Below are positions 33,743 to 48,901 of a stretch of DNA of 64,000 bases, in pieces. Source of the DNA: the human T2T-CHM13v2.0 reference genome, Homo sapiens; assembly GCF_009914755.1 (NCBI RefSeq), contig NC_060932.1; one strand, written 5' to 3'. The notes beneath the pieces were generated by a model. The model ran no database searches and was not told the origin of the DNA. It worked only from the letters and a program-made list of their open reading frames with translations. Both the position numbers and the translations under genes were made by a program. Positions within the stretch are counted from its first letter, which is position 1. The number at the start of each line of letters is the position of its first letter.

Positions 33743-34036
33743 GGCCAGGTGTAGGGGCTCACACCTGTAATCCCAACATGTTGGGAGGCTGAGGTGAGAG
33801 GATGGCTTGAAGCCAGGAGTTTGAGATCAGCTTGGGCAACAGCGCAAGTCCCTGTCTCTAAAAAATTTAATAAAATAGCCATGCATGGTGGCATGTGCCT
33901 GTAGTCCCTGCTATTCGGGAGGCTGAGGCAGGAGGATCACTTGAGACCAGGAGTTCGAGGCTGCAGTGAGCTAGATCAGACCACTGCACTCCAGCCCGCA
34001 CAACAGAGTGAGACCCTGTATCTTAAAAAAAAAAAA
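33743..34036 (+). mobile_element. AluJ
   Basis: TSD aaaagttacttatt. Confidence 0.92.
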
Positions 34037-35545
34037 GTTACTTATTCCTTTGTGTGACCACTATATGGTACAAAGCATTAGTATAGCACATTTTAAGTGT
34101 GTTTCTTTCCTACCATACTGTATGTTCCTTAAAGTCAGGGACCCTGTTCTATTCATTGTTATATTCCTGTTGTTGAGCACAGTACCTGGCACATGGTAGG
34201 TGTTGATTAAATGTTGATTAACAGAACCCAGTATGTGGTTCCTTACCTAGGGACTCCTCTTAAAAAAAAAAATCACAATCCCTTGAGCCCCCACTGCAGT
34301 TGTCCCCCACCCTTCTCGCTTTCATTGTCATCACTTCCATTACTCTCTGCTTCAACTGCCGTCTCAGAGGTTAAATATCTGGATTACTCCAGGCAGGCAA
34401 GGTATTCATATGGGATAAATATGCTCTCTATAAGTTAATGTCCCTCAAGACATTTATTTTCTTTACCCGTGTTTCAGCATTCCCAATCACTGAGACAGAT
34501 CTTTTAACCTAAACATTGCCTCACAGCTGGCAGATCGTCTCCAGACCCACTGAACTCCAGCTCACTGAGAAAGCCAATAATTCACTGGCCTAAAATATGG
34601 GCAGCAGGGCAGAGGGCTGCCCCTCTGCTGCTGCAAGGAAATTTTATTTGAGAAACTCTAATTCTTAGTGATATATTTACTATATTCCCATTTTTTTCTT
34701 AACTTTATTGCCTCAACAGTAAAACTAAAACCTATTTTAAGTATTCAAATAGAGCAAGTCAGAAATTTAAAAAAAAAAGTCAAATGGACAATGTAGGGGC
34801 TGCTATGCATTTGTCTTACTCTCAAAAATTTAAGTCTTATGAGAAAAAAATAAACAGAAAAAAATAGTTACTCTTGTCAATAAAATAGATGCCAATTTCT
34901 GATGCAGAGTGACAGTTCAGGGAGAAAAGATAAAAGCAAACTTGGGACTTTCAGAAAAATTTTTGAAAGAGAGGAAGAATGAGATTTTCAGACCAATATG
35001 AAGCTAGAGCAACGCCAACATAACATGGGATTAGTATCAGTGTACTAACAGCTGTCATGGTGAGGGTGGCTTCTCACACTGATATCCAGTTGGCATTTAT
35101 TTCGAATGGGGTAAACAGGAATGGCAGGAGTGTGGAGCATGGGTGGGACTGCATTAAGTGTCAGACAGAATAATCTGTGAGATGAATGTGGCTCAAATGT
35201 TATGTCTTACAAATGCTGGACTTAAGTGCAAGAAGAAACATGCTGCACTCAAGATTTCAGTCCCGGGGACAGAGGCTGACTCAAAGCAGAGCAAAACGAA
35301 GCTTCAGTTTTAGGTTCCCTTCTTTTACACAGGTCCCTTCCAAGGACCAGTATCTAATTTGTATCCATTATTGTTTTTCTTTCCAAATGCTGTCCCTGAC
35401 CCCGGCCACCAAATTGTATAAGCTTCAAACTCTAAAACACCTACATCTCCCCCTGCCAGACAAATTAATTTTTAAGGAGTTTCCAAAAGATGTTGATGAA
35501 CATTATAAAGACATACAGGTTTTAAAAAGTATGTAAAGAACTGCA

Positions 35546-35830
35546 GGCTGGGTGCAGTGGCTCACGCCTGTAATCTCAGCACTTTGGGATTGCTTGAGTC
35601 CAGGAGTTCGAGATTAGCCTGGGCAACGTGGTGAAATCCTGTCTCTCCAATAAATACAAAAAACTAGCCAGGTGTGGTTGTGGCACATCTGTAGTTCCAG
35701 TTAGCCAGGAGACTGAGGTGGAAGGATCACTTGAGCCCAGGAGGTCAAGGCTGCAGTGGGCCATGACTGGACTGCACTCCAGCCTGGCCACAGATGGAGA
35801 CCCTGTCTCAAAAAAAAAAAAAAAAAAAAA
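35546..35830 (+). mobile_element. AluJ with a short left-arm deletion
   Basis: cactttggg joined directly to attgcttgag; TSD aaagaactgcag. Confidence 0.92.
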
Positions 35831-36049
35831 GAACTGCAGTTCTGAAAAACAAATATGAATGAATGAATAAATAAATACGTACATAAATAAACTATATCAC
35901 TTGATATTTACTTAGAGGCAAATTTTTATAACCCCTAATCAAGAGGTTTGAGATACTGTCTCTTTCCTTAAAGATATTATGGTGTAATTTAGGAATCAAG
36001 ACATAGGTACATAAAAATAACTATTGTCTTAATATTGAAAAATGGGAGG

Positions 36050-36500
36050 TATTCATTTAGCAAATACTTATTAATTGTGCCTTTGTTCCAGGCACTGCAC
36101 TAGGCCTCAGAGATCCAATAGTTAACAAAACAAAATAATCAGCCTTTGAGGAGCCTACAGTCGAATGGGAAAGAAATTGAAAAAGTAAATAAATGAATAA
36201 ATGAAATAATTAAAAGTTATAAAAAGTTCTGTTAAAAAAAAACCCCTATCAGGTTGCTAAGACAGAGATTAAAGAAGACACCTCTTTTACCTTGGGCAGT
36301 AGTCAAGATTTGAGAAGGTAACACACTTGAAGGAAGAAACAGCCATGAAAAGAGATGAAAGGAAATATGTTCTGGGCAGATGTGTAAAGACCTGAGGTGA
36401 GAAACAGCTCAACATTCTTGAGCAACAGAGGAAGCCAATGTGGGTAAATACAGTAAGTGGCCAGAGACACGAGATGAAGCAAGCAAATGACCCTTGGTAT
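36050..36500 (+). mobile_element. L2 fragment
   Basis: cattcatttagcaaatacttatt..gttccaggcactgcactagg..ggagcctacagtc. Confidence 0.7.
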
Positions 36501-36974
36501 GTTCTGCTTGCAAATGGAGATTTTTGAGTATTTGCTTCATTACATTTCCTCCTTAACCTGGGAAGTGATGGGATTGAAAAGCTAATTTTTATTCTTAGAA
36601 CATAATAATACAAGTAATACAAGATCCAACCACTGCATCCCAAGAGATAGTTTATAAAAGTTACAGTAAAGGAAGAAAAATTAAGTATGTGTTGTTCTAT
36701 AAAATTCTTATATCCCCTTTTCTGTCACATATATATATATGTAAGTATGTGTGTGTGTGTATATATATATGCCTGTTGATTTGTGTTTTTATCAAGTTAG
36801 AAGATGATGAAAGCCTACCTCTCAAAGTCTCAAATAAGAAACATTGTCATTGGATGTCAACACTATCATTCATGTGGGTCATAAAAGAATGGGGAAGGCT
36901 GTACTCCACTCCCACCATTGGAAGAAATGAACAACCATGTTCTTAGACTTAATTATACATGAATTTTTTTTATT

Positions 36975-37170
36975 TAAAAAATTATTTTTTAAATTAAACA
37001 ATAAGAATTGTACATATTCATGGAGTACACAGTAATTTTTTGCACATATAATGTATAGTAATTAGATGAGGATAATTAGCATATCCATCACCTCAAACAT
37101 TTATTTCTTTGTGTTGGGAACATTCAATATCCTCCTTATAGCTATCTGAAACTATGTAATAAATTATTGT
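36975..37170 (-). mobile_element. L1MA-type 3' end
   Basis: attgtacatattcatggagtaca...attagcatatccatcacctcaaacatttatttctttgtgttgggaacattcaa. Confidence 0.85.
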
Positions 37171-37214
37171 CTACAAACATACCACCCTGAATGTGCCCAA
37201 TCGAATGGACCCTG

Positions 37215-37565
<351 letters not shown>

Positions 37566-38954
37566 TAGGAACAGCAAGTACAATTGTCCAGAATTCTGAA
37601 ATTAAAAAAAGAAACACTATCAGCTGAGGCCTGAGGAACTGTGTGGGTAAAATTTCATTATTACTCAATATTAACTTGGATAAAAATAATAAAAGGAATT
37701 TTACTGAAAACCTTTTGGCTGGCTTCTTTCTCTTGGAATTCTCTGTCTCCATTTTGCTTCTTAATGAAAGAATCAGTTAATTCCAGCTCAATAATAAAGA
37801 GGTAGGCAGGGGCCTGAAAATACCTGGTTTTAAAGCCAATGGCCTGGAGAGTAGATTTTGATTTAAATGTAATGGAAAGCCACTGAAAAGTCTTAGCTTG
37901 GAAAATTATTTTGTTCGATTTATGTTTTAAAAAGCTGTACATTTTAAGAAGCAGCACAGGCAATAAGTTCTATATAGGGAGGTTAGTGTGTGCTGATTAT
38001 AGAGAAGAGTAGAGATAAAACTGGGCCCTTAAATGATAGGTGGATGACAGGAGAGAGATTAAGAGAGGGTATTCATGGTAAGGGCAATGAAACGAGAAAA
38101 GGCTTTGAGATGGGCTGGGTTGGAAGAAATATACCTGCCTGACTGAGGGATATTAAGTTATGATCAAATTGTAGTTAGAATCTGTTTATCAGACTAGGAA
38201 CATTTAGGTAACAGTAGACAAGAAATTTCACATGCGTAATATAATGGAAGTAAAGCTTCAGAGACATGAATTTAATGGAAATGTGGAAAAAGACTTCTTT
38301 AGAAAGTGGAGAAGGAAGTTAAAAATTAAAAGAAATAAGAAAAATCAGAGCAATAAAATAAAGCCTGAAGTAAAATATACATTTCCTTTCTTATTTCCAG
38401 TTAAAACCTAAAGAAGTTTGGCAAAAGCTGTGTTATTCTTTCAGAGGCTGACCGGGGGAAACAGAGAAGCAAGATCAGGATAAATGCTGCTGGGGCTAAC
38501 ACTAGCTGAAGGATGGTTCCCAAAGGAAGGTGGCATGAATTAAAATTACACTTAACTTGGCGATTTCGGCTTGGGTATAATTGGAGTTGATATTCAGTGA
38601 GCTTAATTTGGAAGGTGGCAGGTGGTGGCTGCTGTCCTGTATATGTGTTGAAATAATCATTAGACAGACGGTAGAGTCAGGCAAGTATCCTACTGGGGAT
38701 AAAGTAGAGGTTCCAGGAAGATACCAGAGGCTAGGTTATCTGTTAAACCCATGATGGAAGTTAAGCAATTTACCACAGTTTAGTCAATATACAAGTATCC
38801 CAGTTGCATTTTGCAATCTAGGTTCTAAATCCAAATAGGTGAAATACTAATGAAATATCCCAACCACTGGGGAAAAGAGGCACCTATGACATTGCAAGCC
38901 TTAGTTCCAGTGTTCTCAGAACCTGAACAAATCTGAAATGTCCTAATGCAGGGA

Positions 38955-39150
38955 GGGAGTATAATGTAAAAGAGTCCAAATACCTGGGCTTACATCCTGA
39001 GTTCTGTCACTTACTAACTGGTGACAAGTTATCTCTCTGAGGCTCATTTTCTATTTCTAAAATATATGGATACTCATACCTAAATGGCATGGTTGCTATG
39101 ATAATGCTTGTAAAAGAGCTTGATACAGAAAATGATTCAATAAATGGCAG
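38955..39150 (+). mobile_element. MIR
   Basis: cctgggcttacatcctgagttctgtcacttactaactg..caagtta..ctctgaggctcatttt. Confidence 0.7.
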
Positions 39151-41719
39151 GGAGTTTGTTTTCTTTTAAATAAATGAGGTAATTAGCAAAAATGGTCTAG
39201 GGCCTAGATCAAGTGTTATTCTGAAGGGTTATTACACAATCTGAGATACTTATTCATTTCCCCAGTGCTCTAAGACAGAGGTCACAGAGATAAAAGAATG
39301 TTGTGTCTCATTGGACTACAAATGAGCATATACTGATGGCAAATAATGAGGAACATCGGACATAATGGCTCAGAAAGTCGAGTGAGTCCTTGGTGACCCT
39401 GGTCTTTATGTTCCTCTCTGGAAAGCCGGTATCTCATGACATTTTAGAAAAGGTTGCTCAGAGTCCAAAGAGAAACTGCTGAAAGCATTAGCCCCAGTAT
39501 GAAGACATTTCAAGAATGACAGAGCATTCAGGTCACTTGGCAGTTGGTACAGAAAGTGTTTCACACTAAAGCACAGAAAACCCAGCTATTCCCACAAGAG
39601 AAGGGACTGTAAAATGTAAAAGACTGACATGATACTTTTAAGTAGAATGAGGGTAAAATCATGCTAAAAGTAATTACAGGAAAAAATGGTGGGTATTGAC
39701 CAAGTGATATAGTAGAGTTACTGAATTTGATCCTATAGAAGAGAGAAATGATTGTTTACACAAGTCCTTCTGTGTTTACCTAGAATGCTGCATTTCCACC
39801 ACTGTAGCACTTACCATTCTAGAATGTAATAGACCACCTGTCTGTTTCCCTTACTAGATCCAAGCTCTGTAACAAGATGAAGTCAATCTAACTTTACAGT
39901 TCTATCCCCAGGATCTTGCACAGTGTTTGACACATAGTAGATGCTCAAAAAACACTTGATATTAAATGAGTAATCAAGCTAGTATCAAAGAAAATACATG
40001 TAGAAAATAAGGTAAATTTAAGGATTTTCAAAGGGAGAAAAAAGGAGATGCAATGTAGCACATAGGCAGATATATTAACAAATGGGGAATCAACTTCTCC
40101 ATCTGTGCTCATGATGAAAAAAGAGAAGTGAGTAAAAAAAGATTAATTCCGAGTTGTGGGTATATAGTAAACTTTAAACTGTGGCCATAGCAGCTCAAAA
40201 TCAGATGCAAGCTCAAATCAGATGCAAGCTCAATTTATGGTAAAAACCGTTGTCATTTTATTCTGGTTTATGACTTAAAAAGTTAAATATCATTGGTTCT
40301 TTTACATATTGGATCCGGTCTTGGCAAAATTTACAGGAAAAGGAGATAGATTCTTACACTATAAAACTCAAATGTAATCAAGCACAGTAAAAACAATATG
40401 GTTATTAATTTAGCACCAAAGATGACAAAACTCCAGGTCCAAAAATCTCACAGACTAACTTTGACAAACGTGACCCATGGGCAATGCAGGATGACCAGGA
40501 GGTGTTGGAATTGGATGTACAGATCTATTGCTATATGTTACAGCTGGGTGATTTAAGAGACCCCCCCCCCAAAGCTAATGAATATTACAAGGAACCAGAA
40601 ACTCCCTTGACAGCCATGTATACATGTGTAAAATAACAAAGAATCTGAATGCAAGTGTTTGTACTTCATCACTCAGCCTGAAATTCTATCCAATTCATTC
40701 AAGTCCAGAGAAATGTGCAGCTTTAGCAAAAACCAGTCCATCCCCTGAAACAAAATATGAAAGTTACCACTGACATACCCACTTTTCTAGCCCATTCTTC
40801 ATTTCAGATGTTCTTAATAGAACTCAGACACTGCATCTGATCAATCCATATTAAGGGGCCAGCAATATAACTTGACATTTCTTCTGGAAAATTACATGTG
40901 TTAACACAAAATCTGGGCATTTGCCACAGAGTTATTTTGTATTAAGTGAAAACTGCTGCTAGAAGAACAAAAAATTTTGCCTGAAGAAAACTTGGAACTT
41001 TTTATCCAGCTTAATTTGTTATAGAAATTCAAAAAATGAGACAGGATAATATATTGCTTTTTCTACGCTAATATTTATCCACCAAATCAAACTACTTTTG
41101 CTGTTTGTGTCCTTGCATTTTCTTTGATACAGTTTATCCCACATTAAATCTAACTTTAAAACAATAAACTTTTTTGAAAAAGTAATAAAACTTAGCTTGA
41201 GGGAAAAATTGACAAAGTTTGGATGGACTGGGATAATTGGACAACCAGACACAGACTCTTTCTAGAAAGACTGTGGTTTTATTGTGGATAGTTTATATCT
41301 TTTCCTAAGATATAAAATGTTATTATTTAATATCAAGAATAATTGCAATTCTTATTAATTTCAGGCTAATATAATAGATGTTGGAATCATTGTTTAATGT
41401 CACAATCATCATTTTCAAGACTTGGACATTTAAAAAGAAACTGTGTATCTACTGTAAGCCCTACCTCTTTAATGCATTCCTTAATATGTACTGATTTGGA
41501 CTGGCCAAAAGATGTTCACTAATATCATTAATCCAATCCAATCCATATTTGCACAGTTTACAAGACAAAAACACAAGCTCAAATTGAAATCTCATATTGG
41601 CAAAGTCACATTTAATGATAGTAGATTAGATCAGATGAGCAAAAGTCATGGGCATCAGTGCTCCATGAATCATGACAGCTGTCTTGGGCTAGCCAAGTTC
41701 TGCTTTGACCTCTTTCACC

Positions 41720-42335
41720 TCTTTTCTACTCCAGCTCTTGAGTTTGGAAAGCTTCAGAAATTAGTCCTAGATCCTCTTCTTTTCTCTATCTAGACTCTAA
41801 TCCCAGGTCATCTTAACCACTTAGAGGGATCTAAATTACATCTCCAGCTCAGACCATTCGCCTATACTCCAATTGCCTTTTATATATCCACTCGGATGTC
41901 ACATATCCATTTTAGAATCCATTCTTCACAGGGTTATATTTTTAAAATAGGAATGAGATCATGTCTCTTTTCTGGTTAAACTTCTTCATTGGCTTCCATG
42001 TGTCTTAGAATAAAATTCAAATGCCTTACCCTGGTCTAAAAGGTTTGCCTGATGATTTCTTCCTAATTCTTCACATCCTCTCTCATTGCTCACAGCTATA
42101 GCTCCTCATAGTTCCTTGCAGGAACTAAAGTCTTTGGTCTTTCTATACCTTTACACTTGTTCCTGGACTGCTGTTTTCTCTGCATTTGTTCCCCTGAATT
42201 GTTTATTCTTAGCTCTTGGGCCAAGGTGCAAAGACAATCTTCTTAGAGGTTTTCTCTGAGCACCTTCTTAAATCTTGTCCCATTTGCTCTTTCTCATCAC
42301 CCAGATTTTTGTCATCTCATACTAGTGACAATCTG
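41720..42335 (-). mobile_element. L2 fragment
   Basis: gatcctcttcttttctctatct...catctccagctcagacc...tagaataaaattcaaa. Confidence 0.7.
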
Positions 42336-42341
42336 TGACTG

Positions 42342-42544
42342 CAGTCATCCCTCAGTATATAAGGGTGGTTGGTTCCAGGACCCCTGCATATACCAAAATT
42401 GACCAACGCAAACTCAAGTCCCAGTCTACCCTCCATATATACGCAGGTCTCACATCCCACATATATTCCATACTACGGATGAAGAAAACCCCACATAAAA
42501 GGGGACCCACGCAGTTCAAACTCATATTGCTAAAGGGTCAACTG
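42342..42544. mobile_element. MER8 (TcMar-Tigger MITE)
   Basis: TIR-like ends cagtcatccctc / agggtcaactg followed by ta; ggacccacgcagttcaaac. Confidence 0.85.
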
Positions 42545-42999
42545 TATGTTATTTTAAAAAATATTTAAAATTCTATAAACACGAGATTGTTTTCCCAAAC
42601 TTCCTCATTGTGCCACACTCCCTCTTCAACTGAGACAATTGTGCCTCCATTGTCTCAGGAAGGATTAGGGTTACTATATCATGAAAGCAAAGAAAAGAGG
42701 GTTCGGCCTATTACAGCCACAGCAGCTATGAAAAATGAAGTTTTTCATTTATGAGAGCTTCCTAAAAAGAAAGGATTTTTGAGGAAAATGCTTTTCCCTA
42801 AAGTTCTGAAGGAGTTACACTGTATCCATCCATGATGACATTAAAAGAAAATAGACTGAAAAGTACTGATGGTTGTAAATGAAGTAATGAATGAAGAAGT
42901 GTGGACAGTGTAAATGAAGGGTGAACTGAGGTGGATGTGAGGAGACTTGACCATTTTCCACAGGGTGAGTTAAAGGGAGGGAGAGACTGCAGGCCACCC

Positions 43000-43190
43000 T
43001 CTCTGCCTGTAAGACTCAGAATCAGACTTTCTGGGATTGAATTTTAGCTTCTCTGTCTACCAGCTGAGAGACTTTAGCCAGGTGCCCTAGTTGCCTTATC
43101 CGTAAGTAAAACTGAATTATATTTCTTACTTTATAGAATCTTGAGGATTATGATAGTTAATGTGTATACAGCACTTAGAACAGGATCTAA
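43000..43190 (+). mobile_element. MIR
   Basis: agaatcagac..gggattgaatttt..ttgaggatta..agcacttagaacag. Confidence 0.6.
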
Positions 43191-43965
43191 TATTACTATC
43201 CACTTGATAATCTCTCATTCATTGTTTAAAATTGTGGTTAGCCTCATTGCCTCTTTGAAGACTTCCTTTAAAGTTATCCTTTTAATAATCCCCACCCCCT
43301 GACAAAATATTTGCACCTCTTTTTTTGTATTTACTTGAATTACTCAGTTTCATGAAGAAATTTACTGCCAATCCAAACATAAGAATGGGTGTAATTTTGC
43401 TCAATTACTTGCAATTCCTGTTAAAGGAACAAAGGTTTCTGTGATGATAGTTTCTATAGCAATATATTTAAATAAATTATGGAACTGCAGAATTTTAAAT
43501 CCCAGATGAAGTTTATTTCCTCAAAGGAACTTTATCAGGCACACTGTTAATTTTTTAAAAAGAATTTGAGAGGATAATTTATAGGCCATTCTCAAATGTT
43601 ACACTTTTATAAACTAAAAATTCCTCTGAGTGATTTATTAGTGGGAGAGGCATTATACACCCTTATGTTCTGAATCTAATGTTAATGTCTCCATCTTACA
43701 CTTATGGCATCATTACTATAACACCATGAATTCATACTCCAATTATTCTCAATTGCATATTGTCATACCTTTTTCCTTCTGAGATTACTCTACTTAAAAG
43801 TACATCACATGCACTTGTGGAATATCTAGAAATCACATTAATTGAGTGCACATGGGAAAATTACTTAGCTTTCCAGGGTTTCTTCATGGTCTATACTTAG
43901 AGAATACATTAGCACAAATGAAGCAAGAACAATTAAATAAACCATAAGTCGAAGGAATGATCAAC

Positions 43966-44087
43966 TTTATTATTTTTTTTGAGATGGAGGTCTTTCTATT
44001 TTGCCCAGGCTGGCCTCAAGCTCCTAGGCACAAGCAATCTTCCCTCTTAAGCCTCCTGAAGTGAGACTACAGGCATACACCACTGTG
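43966..44087 (-). mobile_element. FLAM/FAM-like Alu monomer
   Basis: ttttgagatgg..gcccaggctggcctcaagctcctagg..gactacaggcat. Confidence 0.8.
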
Positions 44088-46047
44088 GGAATCACTTTTT
44101 TAAAACTGTGCGCTAGAAGGTAATGTGTGCCTTTTACATTATACAATTGCTACTAATCACTTACTGTAGAAGGCTTTTTAAAATACAGGTTGAATCAAAA
44201 ACTACAGAAATTCTTTATAATTTGTCTTTAACAAAGTGCTATTGAAGCTATATACATATTGTGCTATATATGAAGAAGACTCCAGAGACTAAGTTTCTAA
44301 TCATCAATGAGAATGATTCAGCCGTAATTTAAGTCTTTAAACAACAGTGCGATTTTAGCAATGTGTTCAATTTCATCTTGGTCCTAGGTGTTAACATACC
44401 AGTGATCCAAATAATTTCATAAATGAGATTAGGATCTTTTGCCTTTCCTTATGAAAATTTCTTTCTTTTACTCACACTGGTGTTATAGTTGTAAATGCAG
44501 AGTGTTCATAAATATTCATTTCCTTTCCAAGTGATTATGTTGCAACTCCAAGTGTATTGAGCATACTTTCTAGTCTCTATTCTTGGAACATCCTCCCTCT
44601 TCCTACCTTTCTTCCTACAGGATATACTTTTCCTTCTGCATCAAGGCTCCCCCAAACTCACCTTCTCCCAAAAACTTCTAAACCTAAATGTGAAGAAAAT
44701 CATAATGACTTTCAATCTAAATCTCACAAGGTGGGTAAGTTTAATGTGAAAACACTAATTTGTCTTTTTTTTCCAAGCTCTCTCATTCCACCACTCCAAT
44801 GATTCATTCCTACTATATAGCTCTGCCCTTTAATGCCCCTTAGCTTCTATTTTCTCATCAAACTTTACCTGCCTTGCATTCTATTCCTTCAGGGCTTTCT
44901 AGTGATGATTAGATCATATGAGAAACTAATTTGAGCTAATGTAATGTATGGAAGTAGCACTGCCTATGGTCTATAGGTATAAAACACATAATCTGAGAAT
45001 GTATGAGCTCAAAGAGGGCAGAGATCATCACTCACCTGGCATGGGAACTGGAACCAACTAGCCAGATTCTACAATTAGGAAAAGGCTTTGTTTCTAGTTA
45101 GTTTGATAGCTTAAGGTATATATTTTAAGTTTTGGTACCTTAAAGAAGACAAATTTAATGAGCAATAAAAACCTTCTTAGAGAACACAGTCTTTAAAAAA
45201 ATCACATGGAGTAAAGACATGTTATTGGAACCAAAATGTAATGAGTTGCAATTAAGTATGTAGCCATTGTAATACATTTCTTCTGATTAGATATTACTTT
45301 CCTTGAGCATGTTCTGACACACCAATTTAAAGGCCAAGTGACTTCATTCTTCCCATCATGGCAATTTCCCAGCATAACACACCCTGGAATGTATTATTGT
45401 GGTTTCAAAATGGGCTGTGTAGTGGCAATTTTGTCATAATTAAGATGTTTTGCAGAAAATAATAATGTGCCTATTAAAATATTAAGTGAAAGCTAATTCT
45501 AATTATAAGCATTGACATATGTGGAAACTTAAGTATATAAATATATATAATTTAATACACTTTAACATTTTATATAGTTATATATACATGTCATATTTTA
45601 TATATCATAATTATATATACATATATAATTTTAAATTACATTTTAACTTTTTCCAGATTTAGTTCACACTCTGTGCAATTTATTTAGTTGGCATACTACT
45701 TCTTAAATATAAAATTTCTGAGGAGACTGTTGGTTGAAAAATAAATTAAATGAAGTTTTCATAAATTTTAAAAGGAAATAATCTAACAGCTATGGTAGGG
45801 TAGGGATTAATCAGCAAGGTCTCACACTGCTGGTGAAGATGTGTATTGTTAAACTATTTTCTGGAGGTCAATTTGGTCTTTATAGTGAACGTCTTAAAAC
45901 TGTGTGTACCTTTTTATCTAAAAAGCCACTTCTAGAGTTTCATCCTAAAGAAACAGATAGAAGTATAAAGTTGTATATACAGAAATGTTCACTGTATCAT
46001 TGCTTATCACGTTAAGATAATTAGCAGTCATCTAAAAATACAAAGAG

Positions 46048-46378
<331 letters not shown>

Positions 46379-46570
46379 GTACAGAAAGAGAAGTCTGATT
46401 AAATATAGTATATAGGTACAATGAACAATTTGTGCTTTAAAATGATTATCCAGATTACATATGCTAACATGGGAAATGTTTATATGTGTTCAGTGAAAAA
46501 AGTCACATTACAAATATTATGTGTAGTATGACCCATTTATATTTTTTAAATACACATTTATACATGCATA

Positions 46571-47062
46571 AAGTAGACCCTGGACAATGAATATGGGGGT
46601 TAGGGACACTTCCCTCCTGAGAAGTCAGAAATCCATGTATAACTTTTGACTCCCCCAAAACTTTACCAATAGCCTACTATTGACCAGAAGCCTTACTGAT
46701 AACACAGAGTTGATTAACACATATTTTGTATATTATGTGTACTACATACTGTAGTCTTATAATAAAGCAAGCTAGAGAAAAGAAAATTAATAAAGTCATA
46801 AAGAAGAGAAAATATATTACTTATTCCTTAACTGGAAATGAATCACTACAAAGGTCTTTATCCTCTTCAACATCTTCGTGTTGAGTAGGCTGAGGAGGGG
46901 GAGGAAGAGGTGGGGTTGGTCTTGCTGTCTCAGGGTAGCAGAGGCAGAAGATGTGGAGAAAAGGGGAGGCAGAAGAGACAGCCACACTTGGTGTAACTTT
47001 TATTGAAAAATGTCTGTGTATCAGTGGACCCTCACAGTCAGACCTGTGTTGTTCAACCAGTA
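46571..47062 (-). mobile_element. Tigger2a (MER28)-like DNA transposon
   Basis: ataacttttgactccccc, gttgagtaggctgaggagg, ggttggtcttgctgtctcaggg, cacttggtgtaacttttattgaaaaa, gtgttgttcaa. Confidence 0.85.
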
Positions 47063-47154
47063 TATAACTCTGTGTGCCTGTGTGTATATGCACTTCTTCA
47101 TGCATGAAGTAAAGTTTACATTCACAGCATCCTTCAGTAGAATCTTCCATGATG

Positions 47155-47315
47155 AAGGACTCCAATATGGTGGTCTCTAGCCATTCTTATGGCTGTGGAG
47201 CACTTGAAGTGTGGTTAGTGAAACTAAGAAACGGAGTTTTTAATTTTATTTAATTTTAATTACTTTTCATTTAAATATTACATAGGGCTAGTGGCTACCA
47301 TACTGGACAGCACAG
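47155..47315. mobile_element. MER3 (hAT-Charlie)
   Basis: tccaatatgg..gagcacttgaa..ggctagtggctaccatactggacagcacag. Confidence 0.85.
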
Positions 47316-48549
47316 ATTAAGAAGGGTGTACGCCATGATGTTAACACTGGTTATGATTTACTGTTTATTTTTTCTTTTTGTATATTTAATTTTTAAGGTT
47401 TACAAATGAATATGTATTACATATATGATAAGAATAAGGGTTCCTTTTTGGGGTGTTTGGGGGGGAAATTTGAGCATAGGTCCAGTAGTCTGAAGACCTG
47501 GATTTGAGCACTAGGTCAGCCATTTATTTGCTATATTAATTTTCACTTAAAGTTTTTAAGCCTATGTAATACCTGCAACACTTCATGATATTATCATTTC
47601 ATGATGCTTTTTATTAAATTATCTAATGTTTGTGGCCGATGTCTTCGTTTAGGGAAAGTTAAGAATAAAAAGCATTATCTTAGAATTTCCATGTGGAAAA
47701 GGAAAGAACAGAGAAAAAAGAAATGTAAGATATTGAAATCAACTTATAATTATGATGTTTATAAAATAGAAAATGAAAACTAAAAGATTGCATAGAAAGA
47801 AATAAGAGTGGGCACATTTACCAAAAGCAAATGCAATTACTTGAGGCAGAGTTATTAATGTGAATGAAACCTTTGGCTTGTGTCTTATAGATAACTATTA
47901 ACCATCTTAATAAGACATAATAAAAACAAAAACATTTGTTTAAGAATATCTCACTGATTACATGAGTTATCCAAAACATTAATAGAAGTCATGCACTCTG
48001 ATTTAATTAAATTTCACTAATTAAATTTTAAAATACACATGACTGCGTAATAAAAATATGGCATTTTGTATGCCCAGTATATAATAACACAGTAGTTGAA
48101 AGGCAGTTCTCTGTTTTAAAAGGCTGGTAAAGAATCTTCTTAAGATAATATTTTGTAAATTTAGAAGAACCCTAGTCAAAGAGTTCTTAATTCAATGAAA
48201 GGGTCATTGCTTCATGAGGTCAACAGAAATGCCCTCATAGCAGTACTGAAAAAAAAAAAACTTCAAAAGTATTGACTTACCATCATGTCAGATGAACACA
48301 AAATTATGAATTTTATACTTAAAATTAAATCATGCATAGAATATAATGGAAGTTGGAAGCTGAGATTTAAAGAAACTCAAAAAGCTCTGTCTTCAATTTT
48401 CTGTTTTTTTTTCTTTAAAATGACCATAGGGAATAATGTTTTAAAAGACTGCTGAGTGTGTCTTAGAATATTTCTGTAGTATTCAAATAAGAAGCCAAAA
48501 GAAATGAGCTATAATTATGCAGAAAAATAGATATTTATTAAATGTATGA

Positions 48550-48901
<352 letters not shown>

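Noticed and set aside
40193-40232. Short tandem duplication gctcaaa(a)tcagatgcaa; similar ones at 75-107 and 27480-27503
   Set aside because: Ordinary slippage duplications
48270-48365. Minus-strand atg|gtaagt donor with an upstream tctcag acceptor
   Set aside because: Very AT-rich, no coding signal; such sites occur by chance at this density
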